Assembly (NCBI RefSeq): GCF_000423105.1
Contig: NZ_AUHI01000004.1
Location: 362,810-386,809, forward strand
DNA: 24,000 nt
Direction: 5' to 3'
Source of the DNA: Halalkalibacillus halophilus DSM 18494
GTDB lineage: Bacteria; Bacillota; Bacilli; Bacillales; Alkalibacillaceae
A program made the translations under genes and the position numbers. Position 1 is the stretch's first letter, and every line of letters begins with the position of its first letter. Under the pieces are notes generated by a model. It did no database searches and was not told the DNA's origin. It was given only the letters and a program-made list of their open reading frames with translations. This document shows positions 19,371 to 24,000 of this stretch, piece after piece.

Positions 19371-19417
19371 AAAACTCCAATGTAATTCATTTTAAAATGG
19401 AATTACACTGGAGTTTT
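19371..19417. terminator. Bidirectional terminator between convergent selB and selD
   Basis: Near-perfect inverted repeat AAAACTCCA-a-TGTAATTC ... GAATTACA-c-TGGAGTTTT, then a T tract. Confidence 0.9.
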
Positions 19418-19458
19418 TTAATTAATGGCCACCTAATTCGAAAAGTATTGCCAGAGGT

Positions 19459-20517
19459 TTAGTTAACATAAATCGGATATGGTTGTTGTTCAGATACTTC
19501 TCCGATAACCTTAGCTCCGAGTGAGCCAGTAGCATTTAATTTTTCTACATAGGATTTGGCCTGTTCAGCAGGTAGAGAAACTAATAGCCCACCTGAAGTG
19601 ATTGCGTCAGCGAGGATTACCCGTTGAATTTCCGTAATCTCATTTGAGAACGAAATAGATGATTCTAACCATTTTAAGTTTTCTTTACTACCACCAGGTA
19701 TGGCTCCTTTTTCAGCTAGCTCTGAAGTTCCTTTGATTACTGGAACTTGTTCGTTAAAGATCGTAAACGTTTTATTACTACCACGAGCCATTTCTAAAGC
19801 ATGGCCTAATAAGCCAAATCCAGTAACATCTGTAACTGCATGGGCATTACACTCATGTAAAAAAGATGCAGCCTTTTTATTCAATTCTTTCATCCAGTAG
19901 ATTGCTTCATTAGATATATGTTCAGGAGCGAATCCTTTTTTTACAGCTGTAGTAATGATTCCGCCACCAATAGGTTTTGTTAATACAAGTAGATCTCCAA
20001 CTTGACTACTTGTGTTTGTTAAAACTTTATCAGGATGAGCAATACCGGTTACTGCCATGCCGAATTTTGGTTCTAGATCATCGATGGAGTGGCCACCAAT
20101 AATGGAGCCTCCAGCTTCATGGACTTTATCTTCTGCTCCTTGAAGGATAAAAGACAACATATCAGCACCATATTTTTTTACAGAGAAATTCGTAATATTC
20201 AGTGCAGTTTTCACTTCGCCTCCCATTGCGTACACATCGCTCATAGCATTCGCAGCGGCTATTTCACCAAAAGTATAAGGATCATCGACAATAGGTGTAA
20301 AATAATCAACTGTTTGAATGAGAGCAATGTCATCCGTGAGTTTAAACACACCAGCATCGTCTGAACTATTTTGGCTGAATAAAACGTCGTCATTTTTTGG
20401 ATGTACTTTTACTTGACTCAACACGTGAGCCAGTTCGCTTGGCGCGAGTTTACATCCTCAACCAGCTTTGGTTGAAAGAGAAGTTAATCGGATGATTTCA
20501 TCTTCACTTTTATTCAT
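19459..20517 (-). CDS. selD: Selenide, water dikinase SelD, itself a selenoprotein (in-frame UGA = Sec20)
   Basis: The listed ORF (19459-20424, GTG start) lacks the catalytic N-terminus. Reading upstream through a TGA at 20458-20460 gives MNKSEDEIIRLTSLSTKAG-U-GCKLAPSELAH-VLSQVKV..., from ATG 20517 preceded by GGGGGT. The G-(C/U)-G-C-K motif is the SelD active site; downstream 'GGHSIDDLEPKFGMAVTG' and 'TDVTGFGLLGH' are also SelD. Confidence 0.95.
20429..20460 (-). promoter_or_regulatory. Sec UGA codon plus candidate bacterial SECIS hairpin in selD
   Basis: UGA at 20460-20458. Hairpin GCCA (20443-20440) / TGGC (20432-20429) with loop AGCGAAC, loop G about 20 nt after the UGA. Confidence 0.6.
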
Positions 20518-20544
20518 TTCCCATACCCCCAATCCACTGATTTC

Positions 20545-20550
20545 ATTATA
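20545..20550 (-). promoter_or_regulatory. Candidate -10 (TATAAT) for selD
   Basis: Perfect TATAAT on minus strand at 20545-20550. Position 17 nt upstream is a weak TTTTCT -35. Confidence 0.4.
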
Positions 20551-20659
20551 CGTGATATAAGATAAATAGAAAACTAAGCCAATTGGACAATTAAAAATGA
20601 TTGAATTTTAAAGGGTATTCTTTTAAGCTAGAAGTAATATACAACTAGGAGGAATTGGA

Positions 20660-20899
20660 ATGAGCTATAAAGTATCTATCGAATTTTGCATGCAGTGAAA
20701 CTATGCGCCAAAAGCTGCGAGTTTCGCAGATGAATTATTTACACATTTTCGTCATGACATTTCAGAAATGAAACTGATCCCTGCATCGGGTGGAGCATTT
20801 GAAGTAAAAATAGACGGAAATAAAATTTATTCTAAGTTAGATACAGGCGTGTTTCCAAAGTCTGAAGATATAATCAATGATATTCACACCATGAAATAA
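20660..20899 (+). CDS. SelW/Rdx-family (thioredoxin-like) selenoprotein, 79 codons with in-frame UGA = Sec13; absent from supplied ORF track
   Basis: ATG 20660 preceded by AGGAGG (20647-20652). Reading through TGA at 20696-20698 gives MSYKVSIEFCMQ-U-NYAPKAASFADELFTHFRHDISEMKLIPASGGAFEVKIDGNKIYSKLDTGVFPKSEDIINDIHTMK*. CxxU followed by NYxPxA, then 'PxxGGxFEV' and 'IYSK..TGxFP', are SelW/Rdx signatures. Confidence 0.94.
20696..20729 (+). promoter_or_regulatory. Sec UGA codon plus candidate bacterial SECIS hairpin in the SelW-like gene
   Basis: UGA 20696-20698. Perfect 6-bp stem CTGCGA (20715-20720) / TCGCAG (20724-20729), loop GUU with G 23 nt after the UGA. Confidence 0.7.
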
Positions 20900-20906
20900 T
20901 TAACCC

Positions 20907-20941
20907 AAACCCACCGAATAAGTAAGAATTTCGGTGGGTTT
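20907..20941 (+). terminator. Hairpin between SelW-like gene and selA (weak or partial terminator)
   Basis: AAACCCACCGAA (20907-20918) / TTCGGTGGGTTT (20930-20941), 12-bp perfect stem but without a long T tract. Confidence 0.65.
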
Positions 20942-21000
20942 ATGTATAAAATAGGGACAGGAAAACGGTTTTACTTCAATAATAGAACGGAGATACAATT

Positions 21001-22422
21001 ATGAACGATAAAATGAGACTTATCCCTTCCATACATCAGCTAATGCTAGATGATCGAATTCAATTCATTCAAAGTGAGTATGAGTTGACCAGTGTAGAAC
21101 TAAAACAAGTATTACAAGAATCTTTGAGTGAATTTAGAGAGTCTATTTTTGCAGAAAAAGTAAGTTTAAATAGCAAAGAAGAAGTAATGGATCATATCTA
21201 TGTTTTAACTAAGAGATATAGTGATCAGATTTCTACACCCAATCTTCAACAAGTAATTAATGCTACAGGAACAGTTCTTCATACAAATCTGGGGCGAGCT
21301 CGCCTTTCTAAATCTTCTCTTGATGCTTTACAACAAATTGGAGCAAATTACTCCTCTTTAGAGTTTGATATCAAAAGTGGTAGGAGGGGATCTAGGCATG
21401 ACCTAGTGGAATCGCAATTAATACATTTAACAGAAGCAGAGGCTGCTATGACAGTTAATAATAATGCGGCAGCGGTCTATCTGATACTGTCTGCTTTTGC
21501 CAAAAATCAAGAAGTAATTGTGTCTAGAGGTGAGTTAGTAGAAATCGGAGGAAGTTTTCGGGTATCTACAATAATGGAAGAAAGCGGCGCACAATTAGTG
21601 GAAGTAGGAACAACGAATAAAACGCACTTATATGATTATACGGAAGCAATAACGTCTGAGAGTAGCATGCTTATGCGTGTCCACACAAGTAACTTTTATA
21701 TGAAAGGTTTCACTTCCAGTGTAGAAAGAGAAGAACTTATTAAAACCTCAAAGCAAGAAGAATTACTTTATTATGAGGATCTTGGAAGTGGCATGATTTA
21801 TGACTTGAAACAGCATCAAATAGGCTCAGAACCTAGTGTGGCCGATGTTATTCGCACAGGCGCAGACCTTGTCTCATTTAGTGGAGATAAGCTTTTAGGA
21901 GGGCCACAAGCTGGGATTATTGTTGGAAAAAAAGAATGGATAAATAAATTAAAGAAGCATCCACTCGCGCGGGTTCTTCGCATGGATAAATTCTCGTATG
22001 CTGCCTTAGAACAGACACTTAAAGATTATACGAAGGGTTCAGATTTTTTAAGAAGTCAAAACCCAACTATTAGGGATATATTAAAGCCTGCTAGTGAACT
22101 GAGGCAAGAGGTAGAAGCAAAATTAGCCGAATTAAATGACTTAAAAATGTTGAAAGTTTACGGAAAAGATATTATATCGAAAGTGGGAGGGGGGACGCTT
22201 CCAGAAGTTGAACTGGATTCATACGGAATTGCAATAAAGTCTGAAAGTATAAATAGTATGGAAATCCAAGAACTTTTAAGAAGTGATCAGCAACCAATTG
22301 TTTGTAGAATCGAACACGAAGCTTGTGTTTTGGATTTTCGAACACTTGATTGGGAAGAACAAAAAAGATGTATGAATGCTATAGTGGAGTTGGATAAACA
22401 ATTACGTGAAGAACTGTTATAA
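21001..22422 (+). CDS. selA: L-seryl-tRNA(Sec) selenium transferase SelA
   Basis: 'QQVINATGTVLHTNLGRARLS', 'EAEAAMTVNNNAAAVYLILSAF', 'GDKLLGGPQAGIIVGKKEWI' (PLP lysine region), 473 aa. Confidence 0.97.
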   Translation: MNDKMRLIPSIHQLMLDDRIQFIQSEYELTSVELKQVLQESLSEFRESIFAEKVSLNSKEEVMDHIYVLTKRYSDQISTPNLQQVINATGTVLHTNLGRARLSKSSLDALQQIGANYSSLEFDIKSGRRGSRHDLVESQLIHLTEAEAAMTVNNNAAAVYLILSAFAKNQEVIVSRGELVEIGGSFRVSTIMEESGAQLVEVGTTNKTHLYDYTEAITSESSMLMRVHTSNFYMKGFTSSVEREELIKTSKQEELLYYEDLGSGMIYDLKQHQIGSEPSVADVIRTGADLVSFSGDKLLGGPQAGIIVGKKEWINKLKKHPLARVLRMDKFSYAALEQTLKDYTKGSDFLRSQNPTIRDILKPASELRQEVEAKLAELNDLKMLKVYGKDIISKVGGGTLPEVELDSYGIAIKSESINSMEIQELLRSDQQPIVCRIEHEACVLDFRTLDWEEQKRCMNAIVELDKQLREELL

Positions 22423-22573
22423 AAGGATATTTTTTGCCGAAATTTCGTTTTAAACGTTTTACTTCTAATATATTTTCATATAAAATGAATACGTGCAGAA
22501 AGATTGGCTATTTTAAACGAAAATTGCTAATTAAAAATCCAAAAAAATTACATACTTCAAGGGGGTAAATAAC

Positions 22574-24000
22574 ATGGGATCAAGCAACGCTTTTAATTCA
22601 AAAAAGCAATTTGAACTGAATGGTAAAACGTACAATTATTATCATTTAAAAGCATTAGAAGAACAAGGGCAAGTAAATATTAAGAAGCTTCCGTTCTCTA
22701 TTCGTGTTTTACTAGAATCTGTATTGCGTCAACATGACGGCCATGTAATTAAAAATGAACACATTGAAAAATTAGCAAAATGGGCAGATGGAGAAAAGGT
22801 CGATGTACCTTTTAAGCCATCACGTGTCATTTTACAGGACTTCACTGGTGTACCAGCTGTAGTGGACCTAGCTTCTTTACGTAAAGCGATGGTTGATATG
22901 GGTGGAAGCCCTGATAAAATTAACCCAGAAGTACCAGTTGACTTAGTAATTGACCACTCGGTGCAAGTAGATAAGTATGGTACTCCTGATTCATTGAAAT
23001 TTAATATGGATATGGAATTTAATCGTAATGGAGAACGTTATGAGTTCTTACATTGGGCACAAAAAGCTTTTGACAACTACCGTGCTGTACCACCAGCAAC
23101 TGGTATCGTGCACCAAGTTAACTTAGAGTACATTGCAAATGTCGTTCATTCTCAAGAGCAAGAGGATGGTACGTATGATGCATTCCCAGATACTTTAGTA
23201 GGTACTGACTCACACACTACTATGATTAACGGTTTAGGTGTACTTGGTTGGGGTGTAGGAGGAATTGAAGCGGAAGCAGGTATGCTTGGTCAGCCTTCTT
23301 ATTTCCCTACTCCAGAAGTTATTGGTGTTAAGTTAACTGGTAGTATGCCAGAAGCTACAACTGCTACTGACTTAGCCTTGAAAGTAACTCAAGTACTACG
23401 TCAGAAGAATGTTGTCGGTAAGTTCGTTGAATTCTTTGGTCCAGGTCTAACGTCAATGCCATTAGCTGATCGTGCAACTATTTCAAACATGGCTCCTGAA
23501 TATGGTGCAACGTGTGGTTTCTTCCCAGTCGATGATGAAACACTTAATTACATGCGTTTAACAGGCCGTTCAGAAGATCAAATTGAGTTAGTTAAAGAGT
23601 ATTTGCAGAGAAATGATTTATTCTATACTACAGATCAAGAAGATCCTGAATTCACGGAATTAGTAGAAATTAACTTATCAGAATTAGAGCCGAATCTATC
23701 TGGACCAAAACGTCCACAAGATTTAATTCCTTTATCTGCAATGAAAAAATCATTTAATGAAGCATTGACTGCTCCTGCAGGTAACCAAGGATTCGGATTA
23801 ACTTCAAAAGAAATTGACCGTGAAGCTGAAGTAAACTTTAACGATGGTTCGAAGACGACAATGAAGACTGGTTCTTTAGCAATTGCGGCAATCACTTCTT
23901 GTACAAATACTTCTAACCCGCACGTTATGCTTGGTGCTGGACTACTTGCTAAAAAGGCAGTAGAAAAAGGATTAGATGTACCACCATATGTAAAAACTTC
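22574..24000 (+). CDS. citB: Aconitate hydratase, N-terminal part (continues past window end)
   Basis: ATG 22574 after GGGGG. '[18 protein letters not shown]', '[16 protein letters not shown]', '[25 protein letters not shown]', 'SCTNTSNP' motifs. Confidence 0.97.
   Translation, partial: MGSSNAFNSKKQFELNGKTYNYYHLKALEEQGQVNIKKLPFSIRVLLESVLRQHDGHVIKNEHIEKLAKWADGEKVDVPFKPSRVILQDFTGVPAVVDLASLRKAMVDMGGSPDKINPEVPVDLVIDHSVQVDKYGTPDSLKFNMDMEFNRNGERYEFLHWAQKAFDNYRAVPPATGIVHQVNLEYIANVVHSQEQEDGTYDAFPDTLVGTDSHTTMINGLGVLGWGVGGIEAEAGMLGQPSYFPTPEVIGVKLTGSMPEATTATDLALKVTQVLRQKNVVGKFVEFFGPGLTSMPLADRATISNMAPEYGATCGFFPVDDETLNYMRLTGRSEDQIELVKEYLQRNDLFYTTDQEDPEFTELVEINLSELEPNLSGPKRPQDLIPLSAMKKSFNEALTAPAGNQGFGLTSKEIDREAEVNFNDGSKTTMKTGSLAIAAITSCTNTSNPHVMLGAGLLAKKAVEKGLDVPPYVKT

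Noticed and set aside
20089-20364. Plus-strand ORFs antisense to selD (also 19700-19900)
   Set aside because: Antisense to a well-supported conserved SelD frame; no ribosome-binding site or family match.
20458-20460. UGA in selD as a true stop giving a short N-terminal peptide
   Set aside because: It falls exactly at the Sec/Cys position of the SelD active-site motif and the downstream frame lacks a catalytic N-terminus without it.
20696-20698. UGA in the SelW-like ORF as a pseudogenising nonsense mutation or sequencing error
   Set aside because: The UGA is at the canonical Sec position of a CxxU motif, the rest of the frame is intact and motif-rich, and the gene is flanked by selD and selA.
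1-24000. CRISPR arrays, transposases, prophage or toxin-antitoxin modules
   Set aside because: No regularly spaced repeats, transposase-like proteins, phage genes or paired small TA ORFs were seen; the window reads as conserved chromosome apart from the sel island and the SOS cassette.

Overview
This looks like core chromosome of a low-GC Bacillaceae-type Firmicute, broadly syntenic with the B. subtilis mutL-to-citB region. Gene order: mutL (3' part), miaA, hfq, hflX, ynbB-like, glnR, glnA, cupin gene (-), a WYL-like / YolD-like / Y-family polymerase cassette with an SOS box, lexA (-), ynzC-like (DUF896), tkt, sirA, yneF, ccdA, an orphan MrpB/MnhB-like gene, ccdC, yneK-like (-), a selenocysteine island, and citB/acnA (5' part). 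The island (about 16.05-22.42 kb) is the main point of interest. It contains tRNA-Sec (selC, - strand, UCA anticodon), a PAS histidine kinase, selB, selD (-) and selA. It also contains two UGA-interrupted genes that a standard ORF caller truncates or misses. selD is itself a selenoprotein gene (GUGCK active-site motif) whose true start lies 93 nt upstream of the supplied ORF. Between selD and selA there is an unlisted 79-codon ORF encoding a SelW/Rdx-like selenoprotein (C-M-Q-U motif). Candidate bacterial SECIS hairpins follow both UGA codons. These components are individually known families. Their tight clustering, the kinase placement, the selC-yneK arrangement and the orphan MrpB between ccdA and ccdC are the less ordinary aspects.
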